Shown here piece after piece: positions 47,206 to 59,267 of a stretch of DNA of 59,810 bases. Made by a program: the position numbers and the translations under genes. The stretch is from Thelocarpon superellum (Eukaryota): the NCBI GenBank assembly GCA_026025795.1, contig JAPEUG010000067.1, positions 1-59,810 on the forward strand. The letters are read 5' to 3'. How positions within the stretch are numbered: the stretch's first letter is position 1; every line of letters starts with the position of its first letter. The notes below the pieces were generated by a model. That model was not told the DNA's origin, did not search any database, and worked only from the letters and a program-made list of their open reading frames with translations.

Positions 47206-48801
47206 ATGGCAGAAGGCATCGATCGAAGAGCCGAGGGTGAGTCCGCTCGGCACCTTTCACGACTCTTTCTCCTCTCCGATACTGATGAACGGCGCAGAGA
47301 AGATGGAGTTCTCCACCTCCAAGGAGGTCACCGTGTCCGTATCTTCCCAACCGCTAGCCATATGTTCGTGTACTGACTTGTGAATCTAGTGCTCCGACGT
47401 GTAAGGTCACACTGCCTGATGAAGATACGCTGATGCTCACCATTCGCAGTCGAGGCGATGCAGCTCAAAGGTACGGGCATCCGTCACACCTTATGGGCTG
47501 ACCATTGACGACGATGCAGAAAACCTACTTCGCGGCATCTACGCATACGGATATGAATCGCCGTCCGCGGTCCAGTCTCGGGCCATCGTTCAGATCTGCA
47601 AGGGTCGTGATACCATCTCGCAAGCTCAGTCGGGTACGGGTAAGACGGCGACCTTCTCGATCAGTATCCTCCAAGTGATCGACACGGCCGTGAGAGAGAC
47701 GCAAGGTTTGTCAATTTCCCCAGGTGTCGATGACATGCTGGCTCACGATCCCGCTCCCGCTCCCGCTAGCTCTGGTACTTTCGCCCACCCGTGAATTGGC
47801 CACCCAGATCCAATCCGTCATCATGGCGCTGGGTGACTACATGAACGTGCAATGCCATGCGTGCATCGGAGGAACCAACGTGGGCGAGGACATTCGCAAG
47901 CTCGACTACGGTCAACACGTCGTGTCGGGGACGCCCGGTCGAGTGGCGGACATGATTCGGCGCCGGAATCTCCGGACTCGACATATCAAGATGCTGGTGC
48001 TGGACGAAGCCGACGAGCTGCTCAACCGAGGATTTCGCGAGCAGATCTACGACGTGTACCGCTATCTTCCCCCGGCCACGCAGGTGGTAGTCGTATCGGC
48101 CACGCTTCCCTACGATGTCCTGGATATGACGACCAAATTCATGACGGACCCCGTGCGGATCCTGGTCAAGCGTGACGAGTTGACGCTCGAGGGCCTGAAG
48201 CAGTACTTCATCGCGGTCGAGAAGGAAGAGTGGAAATTCGACACGCTGTGCGATCTCTACGACACGCTCACCATCACCCAGGCCGTCATCTTCTGCAACA
48301 CGCGGAGGAAGGTGGACTGGCTGACGGATAAGATGCGCGAAGCCAATTTCACCGTGTCGTCGATGCACGGCGAGATGCCGCAGAAGGAGCGGGATAGCAT
48401 CATGCAGGACTTCCGCCAAGGCAACTCGCGCGTCTTGATCTCGACGGATGTCTGGGCCCGTGGCATCGACGTGCAGCAGGTCTCGCTGGTGATCAACTAC
48501 GACCTCCCCAGCAACCGTGAGAACTACATCCACCGCATCGGCCGGAGTGGTCGCTTCGGACGGAAAGGCGTGGCCATCAATTTTGTCACGAGCGAAGACG
48601 TGAGGATCCTGCGGGACATTGAATGTACGTCTTCCCTGGTTGGTGACCCGCGTGGCCACATGGCTAATAGCCTTTAGTGTACTACTCTACCCAGATTGAC
48701 GAGATGCCGATGAACGGTAGGTTCTCCCACAACGAGCGCGTCAGACTTTCAGGTCTTCAGCAAGGACTAATGCTGGTCTAGTGGCGGATCTACTCTCCTG
48801 A
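47206..48801 (+). CDS. FAL1: DEAD-box helicase Fal1/eIF4AIII
   Basis: Motifs [36 protein letters not shown] and [10 protein letters not shown]. Eight exons: 47206-47236, 47298-47334, 47390-47400, 47450-47470, 47520-47705, 47770-48624, 48678-48716, 48782-48801. Confidence 0.95.
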
Positions 48802-49145
48802 TCTCGGCGCGGATCGAGATGCCCGGAAGACAGACAACGAGGATGAAATGGGCTCCAGAGGGATAGGATGACCCACGCTCGGGGACGTCACGAGCCGGTC
48901 ATACGTGGAGGAGGGGGGTCCGATGTCGGCGGGAGTGAGTAAAGCTCTTGGTACAGCCTGTCACGTGTATAGCGCTGACTGGTGGATGACTAGGATGACC
49001 GCAATGGGAGAAACTCTCTCAACAAGACATGTACCTATCATTTCCACACACATGACCTCTATGAATGAAGATTGAAGACCAACAATCCGTCCCGTGCGCC
49101 GAATTCTGCCGCATGCTCGTAGTCTCCGACCCAACCATCTCCATT

Positions 49146-49178
<33 letters not shown>
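49146..49178 (+). repeat. (GCCGTC)n hexamer microsatellite just downstream of the MCM5 stop
   Basis: About 5 perfect units directly visible. Confidence 0.85.
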
Positions 49179-49198
49179 ATCCGCCACCAGTCACCATA

Positions 49199-51575
49199 TC
49201 ATACACCACTCCGATAGACCTGGGCGCCCTGATTCCGAATCTGCACGGTATCGCGGCGCTGCAGGATGACCAAGGCACGATTGAGGGCCATTTCACTGAA
49301 GCCCTTGGCGGTGACGAACTCGCGCTTGAGGGTAGCGAGGCTCGTGCTCCATCCGATGGGTAGACGTCGACGGAGCTCCTCCTCCACCTTGCCCGTCTCC
49401 TCCATCAACTCCTTGTTGCTGCCGCCCGCGCCGCCCTCGCCCTGCGTGACGGCGTCCATGGTGCTGGCGAGGAAGAGGCGGATGGCCTCGTCGACGTGCG
49501 CTTCCGTCGCGACGGGCGACAGCGACAGCTTGGCCAGCGACTCCGTGATGCGGATGATGGCTTCGAGCTGGCGCACCGTGATGGGGATCGACGAGCGCGC
49601 GTTCGCGGAGATCTCGGCGCTGTGGACCTGTCGCCGGATGGAGACGAAGTGGGACGAGAGCTTCTCCGCCGCTTCAGCCGAGAGACGGGGTGCGCATTTC
49701 CTGGAGGCGGAGGAGGGGGGTTAGTCGAGGAAGAGGGAAAGCACGGAAAGCAGAGAGAGGGCAGAGAGGGAGAGGTGGGGGCGGGGGGAAGCCACATACT
49801 GCTTGCAGTAGCTGATGTAGCGTTTCATCTTCTCAATGGAAATCTCGGCCTCGACCTGCTCTTCCAGGCCGCGGCCGCCCATCTGGATGCCCATGACGTG
49901 GCGGGCGATGCGCTCGTCGCGGCCGCGCTCATGCTCGTCGCGCACGATGAAGATCATGTCGAAGCGCGAGAGGATGGTGGTCTGGAAGTCGATGTTCTCG
50001 CCGGGGGTCTTGAGGTCGTCGTACCGCCCGAAGATGGGATTGGCCGCGGCCAGGACGGAGGTGCGCGCGTTCAGGATGGTGGTGATGCCGGCCTTGGCGA
50101 TGGAGATGGTCTGCTGCTCCATGGCCTCGTGGATGGCCACGCGGTCCTCGTCGCGCATCTTGTCGAACTCGTCGATGCACACCACGCCGCCGTCGGCCAG
50201 CACCATCGCACCGCCCTCGAGGTAGAATTCGCGCGTCGACGCGTCGCGCTGCACCGACGCCGTCAGACCCGCCGCGGACGAGCCCTTGCCGGAGGTGTAG
50301 ATGGCGATGGGCGCCACTTTCTCCACGAACTTCAGCAGCTGTGATTTGGCCGTGCCCGGGTCGCCGAGCAGGAGCACGTTGATGTCGCCGCGCAGCTTCA
50401 TGCCGTCCGGCAGGATCTTCTTGGAGCCGCCGAGGAGCAGGCAGGCGATGGCTTTCTTGATGTCATCGTTGCCGTAGATGGACGGCGCGATGCAGCTGGC
50501 AAACACCTTGTACAGATCCGGGCGTCGGCTCATCTCGAGGAATTCCTGCTCCTCCTCCTCGCTGAAGATGGCCTGGCCCTTGGCCGTGTGATCGACGTCG
50601 CTGCCGATGCCGACGGCGCGGAGGTACGGGTTGCGAATGGCCACGGCCGAGGTGGACGACGACTTGGACCCCTTGGATTGGTAGATGGAGAAGACGCCCA
50701 TCACCGTACATCGGGACCCCGGCACCACGCGACCCGTCAGGTAGCGTTCGGCTGAGACGAGGATGTGGCGCGGCAGCTCGCCCACGGGCACCTGATCCGG
50801 CGCCTCCTGCAGCTTCAAGACCTGCTGGTCGACGAACTGACTCTTCTCGTGCACGACGAAGTAGGGGTCCAGCGGACACGGGTCCGTCCTTTCGTCCTCC
50901 CTTTTCTTCCGCCCGCAGACGCGCGGGATGGTGATGCCGGTAAAGCCTCCGGCGATGTGCAGCTCCTCGGTGTGCTGGCAGTTGCGGCATTGGAGGTTCA
51001 GCACGGTGGCCTTGGAGGACAAAGTCGACGCACCGATGACGATGCCTGGGATGCGCACCAGGCTGGAGATGTTGGTGGCGTTGAGATCGCGGATGGAGAT
51101 GTGCGAGACGCTGGAGTGGAGCAGCAGCTGGTGCTCGGGCAGGACCACCTTGGCCTCCGAGGGGTAGACGATCTTTCTCGTACACAGCTGCAGCGCCGCC
51201 TCGAACTAGTCCTGGTCAGCGTCACGCCATCTGCCGTCGATGGCCAGCACCCCGCCTACCAGGGGAATGATCTCGGCAGGTTCGGTGGTCAGTCGATGGG
51301 CCAAGTCCTCGTTGAATGAGATCAGGTGCGCGATGTCGACGTCGCAGGAGTAGTGCTTGATGAGCACGTTCTCGCGGATTTGGTCGCTACGCATCCATTA
51401 GCTTCCGCCAGACGCTCGTGGCCACTGTGCCGTCTCACCGGTAGATGAAGGCATTGTCGAGGCGAAAGTCGAGGATGAAGTCCGCCAGCTGTTGCTTGAT
51501 CCGGCCACGCGTCTCCTCGTTGGGGTCGTAGTCCGGGGCAAGCACGCTCAGCGAATACACCGATTGACGATCCAT
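49199..51575 (-). CDS. MCM5: DNA replication licensing helicase subunit Mcm5
   Basis: Start [10 protein letters not shown]. Motifs [17 protein letters not shown], Walker [10 protein letters not shown], Walker B IDEFDKM, arginine finger [22 protein letters not shown]. Three introns at approximately 51387-51438, 51207-51259 and 49701-49798. Confidence 0.96.
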
Positions 51576-51674
51576 GATGCACGATCTGGGCGCGGGACGC
51601 GACGAGAATGCAGTCTGGCGATGGTGTTGCTCTTCGTTCTGGACGGGGGACCGGCGACACGGTCGCGACCGGGC

Positions 51675-51703
51675 GACGCGACGCGTCTTGAGGGGCGCGT
51701 AAA
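51675..51703. promoter_or_regulatory. MCB-like cluster upstream of MCM5
   Basis: GACGCGACGCGTC (ACGCGT at 51681-51686) and TTTACGCGCC on the minus strand, 100-130 bp upstream of the ATG of a replication gene. Confidence 0.5.
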
Positions 51704-51819
51704 GTGGTTCTAGCTGTACCGCTGGCTGCGGGTATTTTGGAGACCTGCCCTGGGGGTGTCGTGCCGAGGCCACCATGCTCGCCCTGCTACTCGTACTCGT
51801 GCGCACCGTAACATACTCA

Positions 51820-51909
51820 TGTAGGAATCAGAGCTGAATTGCTAATCTACGCGTAGTCGGGAGAGTGATAGGAGTGGGCACGTGACCAGATCACGTGTGC
51901 GCTCCTACA
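51820..51909 (-). mobile_element. 90-bp TG...CA element, copy 1 (very short solo LTR or MITE-like)
   Basis: Termini TGTAGGA...TCCTACA, flanks CTCA/CTCG. Its reverse complement matches 56708-56797 at 85 of 90 positions. Confidence 0.8.
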
Positions 51910-52431
51910 CTCGGATGCTACTTCGTACACGCAGGCAAGTTAGCGAGCAACCGTTCCTCCCGAGAGGATTAGCCACGTCTATGCTCGCTGGAGAGGTTCG
52001 TGCTTAACTGGAACGGAGATGTGGCGGTGCGCTAAGATGGTACGAAGTCTGAAAGACCCTCTGCTCTTGTAGGCTGGTAAAGGAGCATCTTGGTACTGTG
52101 ATGGTGTGGCGCAATTGTCCACCCGTCTTTATTCGTCATCCACCATCCATTGACGGTCCGAGTACACAGGACCGATGCACTATTCCCTGTAGCCGCACTT
52201 TTGATCGCATCTGGGCCTGCTTGGTAGATGGCAACATCCCGTGCCCTGGCGTGCCTCCCCATCAGTCACCATCGACTGCGTGAGGCCGGTGCACCGGATC
52301 CACCAGATACACCCCCAACAAAGTCGTCATGTCATCTCGTCTGCCATGGTGTTGAATGTTAGAGGAGAAGAAGCCCAGTCGCCCAGCCTTAGGCTCTCGT
52401 GAGCCTTTGCACCACCTCTCAATGCGCCGTG

Positions 52432-55400
52432 ATGTCGTCGCCCCGGCCGGTGCCCGACAGCCCCATCTCGCCGTGGACGACGCCTCGGATCGGTCAATCC
52501 GGCTTCCCTCTCCGAGATGACGCGCGATCCGGGACGTCCAGCGGCCGGGTCAAGCTCCCACGAGCTCTGACGAGCGGCTCTGTCAGCTCTGTGGGCGGCG
52601 CCCTTGACCCCTCCCTTCGAGATGGGCAGAGCTCCATCTTCGAGTCTGGGCAGAATGGTGAGCGCCCTCGATGATCCTCCCGACGGCCTTCTGCCTCAGC
52701 TCGGCGTTCGAACACGGCTGACACACAGGGCCCGTAGCCATCTCAACCTTACTACAGCCTCCCATCGTCCGCACGGGACTCCTCCCTCACACCGCGGCGA
52801 CAACCTCCGGCGCGCAGAGGGCACCGTCAAGCCGAGATATTCCCCCGGTCACCCTGACCAACATCCCCCATGTCGAGGCCTCGTCCTTCAGATCCTATCT
52901 CGACCAGGTGGGCTCGCTCTACGATGCCTTTCAGCGCGCCAAGGAAGAACGGGGTGACGGCGCCTCGTTGCTCTTCCGACGAGACCGATCGAGTCGAACA
53001 CATGATGACGCGACCAACACGCCGGACCGCGGGCCACGAAAGTCACAGTCGCACGCGCCTCGACCACCGTCGTCGAGATCTAACTCCGCATCGTCAATGG
53101 TTGCGACAGCATTAGAGGGATCGGCCCGGCGGAGCAGCGTGGGTGGAGGGGCCAGCCGGCGACAGGGCCATGTCGCCACCCCGCTCTCGACCATTCCCAA
53201 CGTCTACTTCGAGCAAGACTTCCATCTCGAAAATCCACGAACATTCGACGTCGTGAGCGAGCGGTCGGATGTCGTCCCTCCGGCCCCGGGGACACGCCCG
53301 GATGAGAAAGGTGCAGCAAACGGCTCGGCCACGGCGCCGGAGAGCGGCGGGCGGAAGGCGCTGGCGACCAACGCCATCCTCCAGGAGAAGCTGTCGTGGT
53401 ACATGGATACGGTTGAGGTGCATCTGATCTCATCCATCTCGACGGCGTCAACCTCGTTCTTCGCCGCCCTGGGCTCGCTCCGCGAGCTGCATGGCGAGGC
53501 GGCCCAGTCCGTGACCAAGATCAAGCGTTTACGCCAGGACCTGGCTCGGCTCGACCAGGACATGGCCGTGGGCGGACTGAGGGTCGTGAGCATGCGCCGG
53601 CGGCGAGAAAACCTCGGCCAGCTGGGCGAGGCGGTGGATCAGCTGCATCGCGTCGCGGACGAGGTCGCGCGCTGCCATGGCCTCGTCGAGCGTGGTGAGG
53701 GCGAGTCGGCCCTGGACGGGATCGAAGCCGTGGAGACGCTCATGGCGGGGGGAGCCACCGTCGTCTCGCCCACCGACGGGAGCCAGGCGTCGGCCGGCCT
53801 CAGCACGCTCCGCGATCTACGCAACACCAAGGCGTTAAACGGCGTCCCCGACACGCTCGACCTATTGCGCGCACAAGTGGGCAAGACGTTCGAGGCCCGC
53901 TTCCTCGAGACGCTGCTGGGTGACCTGCGTCGCCACGTGGCCGACGTGCCCCCGCAGGAGACGCTGCGGCGCTGGGGCACAACGGCGCAGCGATGGCGCG
54001 GCGACCCGACCCGTACGGCCTCGGCCCCGCCCGCGTACATGAACCTGGAAGACACGGTGCGGGCTCGTCTCTCGTCGCACCTGCGCGGCCTGAATCGGTC
54101 GCATCACACCATGCCGGCCACGACGGCCTACCGCGACGCCGTGCTGCGCGAGGTCAAGAGCCTCATCCGCCGCCATCTCCCCAGCTCAACCGAGGACGAC
54201 ACCGAGTCCATGACCTCCGTCTCCACGCGCGGCGGCCGTCCGTTGAGCCAGCAAGAAAAGTCGTCCATCCTGGCCCGCAACCTGCGTGACCTCGACGCCG
54301 ACGCGGCCGAAGACCTGTTTGCACGCATCTACTCGGGCGCGAGTGAGGCCTTTCGCCGCGTCGGCGTGCAGGTCAAGGTCTTGCTGGATGTCACCAGCGG
54401 CTTGGCGAGCCCGACGGCGGCCGGCACGCCGCGCTCCGCGGCCCGCTCGACCACGACGTCACCGCTGGATGGCTACCTGGCGGCCGGAAACGCGGCGGCG
54501 CTGACGTCGCAGGCGCAGGCGCAGCTCCAGGAGGAGATGCACCGGGTGCTGGATATGTCCAGCCTGCTCGGCCAGGCCGTGGACATTGCGCACACGCAGA
54601 TCACCAAGCTCCTCAAGGTACGTTCGGAGCAGACGGCCCGGCTCTCGCTGTCTTGCTTCCTCCGCTACTTCGCCCTGAACCGGCTCTTCGCCGATGAATG
54701 TGAAGCGGTGTCGGGCCGAGGCGGCTCGGCCTTGAAGACGGTGGTCAATGGGCACATCAAGCAGTTTGTGGCGCACCTGGGCGAGACGGAGCGCCAACGC
54801 CTGGCCCAGGTCATGGACGCCGATCTCTGGGACGCCAAGGATTTCGCCGAGGCCGAGCAACAGGTGCTGTCGCGCATCGCCGCCGCGACCACGGGCGACG
54901 ATGAGGCCTGGACCCGTGACACGCGCGTCTGGGAGAGCGAGGAGACGCAGGTGGACGAGGTCAATGGCGTGACGACCAACGGTAATGGCAACGGCAAGGA
55001 AAAGGTGCGCAGCGCGGTGCTGGACGAGCAGAAGTTCATCCTGCCCACCTCGGCCATGGCCGTCTTGCGTGGGGTCGAGCAGTTTGAGCATCTCATCAGC
55101 GGCATCCCCAGCATGACGCCGGACGTCGCGACCAACCTGCTCGAGTACCTCAAGCTCTTCAATTCGCGCTCGTGTCAGCTGATCCTGGGGGCGGGCGCGA
55201 CCCGGAGCGCGGGGCTCAAGAACATCACGACCAAACATCTCGCGTTGGCGTCGCAGGCCTTGAGCTTCATCATCGCCCTCACGCCCTACCTCCGCGAGTT
55301 TGTGCGCCGCCACGCCCCCAGCGCGAGCGGGCTGATGGCCGAGTTCGACAAGGTGAAGCGCCTATATCAGGAGCACCAGTCCGGCATCCACGACAAGCTG

Positions 55401-55975
55401 GTCGAGATCATGAGCGGTCGCGCGGCCACGCACGTCACGGCGATGAGGAAGATTGCGTGGGACGATGCCAGCGCGGAGAGGCCGACGGTCAATGCCTACA
55501 TGGAGACCTTGACCAAGGAGACCAGCACGCTCCACCGGGTGCTGAGCAAACATCTCCCGGACGTGTCGGTGCAGATGATCATGACCCCCGTCTTCCACAA
55601 CTACCGGGAGCAGTGGGGCAAGGCATTCCAGGAGGCGCCGCTACGCACGCCGTCGGGAAAGGAGAGGTACGCCGTGACGAGGAACCTTCTCCGAGCGTTG
55701 CTGACGAGTCCCGCGAACTTAGGATGCTGCGGGATGTGGAACATTTCCAGTCTCGGATGAGCAAGTTGGAGGGCGCTGGCGATCTTGGCACCACCCTCAT
55801 CGGGATCGTCCAGGACCGCGTCGTCGTGGCGGACGACACCGCCCCAGTCCAGGAAGCGGTCTCGGCTGCTTCACCGGAGTCCAAGGCCACGATTACGGAG
55901 GTGACGGAGACCTCATCGGAACCGGCCGCGACGGGAACGGAGACGGACCGGAGAGAGGCACCACCGACCTCCTGA
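52432..55975 (+). CDS. VPS54: GARP complex subunit Vps54
   Basis: Motifs ISTLLQPPIVRTG, F..ENPRTFDVV, LQEKLSWYMDTVEVHL, FFAALGSL, FNSRSCQLILGAGATRSAGLKNITTKHLALASQ. Introns ~52658-52737 and 55667-55722. Confidence 0.94.
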
Positions 55976-56707
55976 GCGTCGAGGGACATCTTTTGCGCGC
56001 GCCACATCCTACACCTTGGTCTGGGCCTGCATTCCGCGGGATGGAGCACACGTCGCATGGTAGCGGGCGTCTCACTCTAATTGATACCATCCTACATTCC
56101 TGCCATTTGGCTCGAGCCTTAGCCTGTTGACATACCTCGTTGCACATTAGTCCTCCTCCCTCGCACGTTGGCCATTACGTGTGACCGCTACCATCTAGGT
56201 AGATGAAGGCTAAATGATAGACGGTGGAAGCTCCCCGGTGGTAATCGCCGGTGTGCTCCTCATGCGACTGGAGCCGTCCGCGACACCCGGGGGGGCTCCC
56301 GCGTGACTCGAAATATTGACGATGCGGTTGGATAGTGGGGGCTCTCCCAGACATATGAACTCGCCAACGGGTATGAGGGAGCACGAGGATGTAAGCTGAC
56401 GAGCTCGACCTCGCGTGGACGATGTGTGGTTCCACGTACGAAGTGCGTCGCCCTTGCTCTAGTATTGCACGCCACCTGCCAGCACCCACAGACAGGCCGC
56501 AGTTGGCGTATCACGAGTGACTGCGAGTACAGGCTCTCGTGGCGTCGGGTGGTAGCTTGCTACAGCATCCAGACTGCGAGCGGCGGCTTTGGAACAGGTG
56601 GCCTCGATCAGGTTGGCCATGTGGGATGCCGTCGCTGCTGGCGCTAGCCGTCGTCTCGAGGCTCGGAGGGCTCCATGTAGTTCCGGCGGTACGAAGTAAT
56701 TCACCTA

Positions 56708-56797
56708 TGTAGGAGCGCGCACGTGACCTGATCACGTGCCCACTCCTATTACTATCCCGACTACGCGTAGATTAGCAATTCAGCTCTGATTCCTACA
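56708..56797 (+). mobile_element. 90-bp TG...CA element, copy 2 (inverted relative to copy 1)
   Basis: Termini TGTAGGA...TCCTACA with a perfect 4-bp flanking duplication CCTA (56704-56707 and 56798-56801). Confidence 0.82.
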
Positions 56798-57831
56798 CCT
56801 AGCACAAAGCGTTTCCACACCAAGTGGAGAAACACCCCAATGGCGCAGAGGAAGGTCGTACGCTGGGAGAGACGGGCGGGGTGTAGCGGCATGATCACCA
56901 TCCCCAGCAGTCCTCGTAGCGATGGCCGGGGGCCCCCATGATCTCCACCTTGACCAGCATTCGAGGGAGCACTTCCATAGAGTTTCGTGTTCTTTTGACG
57001 TGCGACTGGCGCAAGTATCTACCGTCTTCTTATGGATCCATGCTCGTCCATGCATCTCTTTCCCCGCGTGTCTCATCAAAGTGCCTTATCTTGTGCATCC
57101 ATGCATCCATCACTCGCGCGGACAGCCGTCCAACGTGCAGAACACCACGCCGCACCTCGCCGCCCGCGTGCCGCGCAAGATCCACCGCCGTTCGTTCGCC
57201 GCTCTTAAAGCTGCGATCCATCATTAGCTCCGTTGCCGGAGATCTTCCCGTGCTTCATTGCTCTCCGGTGCCCACTCGGCCTGGCCCGTCCCTCTGGTTG
57301 GGTCAAGGCACGCAGGAGCTCTTGCCCCCATCGTCACATCGTCGCCTGTGCCATCGGAACCGACAGGGCTCAAGACGGCGTGGTGCCGCTAGGCAACCCC
57401 GCGCTCTGGGACATGCAGATGGTCCAGGCTCCAGCTACCGCCGTGCCTGCCCAGCGGGCCGGGAGTCGTTTGCCGCGACCTCCTGAACTAGGGCACTTGC
57501 AGGAGCTCGTCAATCGAGGATCCCATCACCTTCGTTGTCAGACGCCACAATCCAATTAGCGGTGTCCACGCATTTACCTTGGGGCCGGGCGCTGCGGTAC
57601 CCTGGACCATCTGCTGTCGGTTGACTCCGGCCGACATGGCGTCTCCATCCTCATCGGGCTCACGGGTGGCGGCTGGCCTTTTCGGAGAGCTCCGTCCACG
57701 GCTCCAAGATGAAGCAGAGGCTGGTGATCCAGCAGCGACTTTGTCATCGACACCGACATCGACAGCGACGAGGGACAGCGCTTCGTGACTCCCAACTGTT
57801 CTGAATTGCCTCGACCACTCGCGCTAAGGAG

Positions 57832-59267
57832 ATGGGGATCATCAATGCCGTGGCCGTCATCGCTGCTCGCCAGATCCCGCCGCTCACTCCGGGCACGCCA
57901 ACGCTGGCACCTCCCTCTAGGGTGACGACCGACTTCACATCGCCGTCGGCCCTGGCCGACCGCATCCTGCAGGTCAATGTCGCCTGCGTCGTCCTGGCCG
58001 TCATCTTCCTCACCCTGCGGCTGTTCACGCGCATCCGCATCACGCGCAGCGTCGTGATCGACGGCTATACCGCCATCATCGCGCTCATGTTCATCTTCGG
58101 CTTCCGCCGGCTGGCTCTCGAATGCCGCGCCGTGGGTATGGGCCGGCACCTCTGGGTTGTCGAGGCGAGCGCCTTCTATCGCGGCCGGTTCTTCATGGCA
58201 AGTGTCCGCGACGCGCGCATGCTCTCTTTTGTCTAACGCCCATCCGTCACGGTTAGGTGGATACTATCGCGGAGGCCTTCTACTACGCCGCCATCTCTGC
58301 ATCAAGACGTCAATCCTGCTCCTTACACCTCCGCATCTTCATCACGGGCCAAAAGATGAAGATCTTCATCTACGTCTTCATTGCTATTCTCGTCATCTAC
58401 AACGCGCTCGGCGCCTTGCTGAATCTGCTCACACGTGGGAATGAGGTGGATGCCTATTGGCGGGTGAACATCGACTTCAGCCACACCTGCCTCGACATAT
58501 ATCACATCCATTTCAGCATGCGATGTTTCAACGTGATAACCGACGTCATGCTCGTGCTGATGCCCTCCCTTACGTCGTGTGATTGAAAGTACCTCTGAAG
58601 CAGAGATTCGCCATCGTCGGTGTCTTTCTGACCGGTCTCCTGTATGTCTTCGCCTCCTCTCGCCATCTCTGCCTGATCGAGACCGACTTGCGTCGCAGGG
58701 CGGTGGTGGCGTCCATAGTCACACTGTACCATACCATCTCTCAGGGCAACTACGTCCCGGACATTACCTCTTATTTCTCCGAGGTGATTCTATGTCTCGC
58801 TCCCGCTCCGCCAAAGTCCCACATCCCCGCGACCGACATGACCGCCGCGTCTCCCGACTAACGACGTCCTCAGCACCATCGAGCTGTACATTGCCTTCTT
58901 CTGCAGCTGCATGCCGGCCTTCAAGCAGCTCATCCAACGCATCGTCCCCATGGTCAAGAGCTCGTTCGGTTCGGGAGACAGCCCGTCCAAGGAGCGCTCC
59001 ATCACCGCCAGTCTTCCGCCGAGGAGGCCGGTCCGACGAGAAGACCAAGAAGCCCAAGACAGACATCGACACCCGTCTCACCGACGCCAGCAATCTTGAG
59101 CTGGGCAACTCTCGCGAGAAGGCGCAGGCGGGGGCGAGCGTCGACGACAAACCCTCGCACACCGAGAGCACCAACCCGACACTGGGCCCGGAGCGCAGAC
59201 CACAACCTCGCATCAGATTGTCGAGACGCAGAAGGTTGATGTTGAGCCACCCCCGGGCGGCAATTGA
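57832..59267 (+). pseudogene. Disrupted PTH11-like (fungal rhodopsin-domain) integral membrane protein
   Basis: Family motifs LRLFTR, GMGRHLW, KTSILLL..RIF, NVITDVMLVLMP, FLTG and IELYIAFFCSCMPAFK are spread over different frames. Frameshifts near 58296-58326 and ~58563, and an in-frame TGA at 58580-58582. The 3' end is approximate. Confidence 0.75.

Noticed and set aside
56800..57800. Short ORFs right of element copy 2, checked as possible gag/pol or transposase remnants
   Set aside because: No reverse transcriptase, integrase or DDE motifs are visible.
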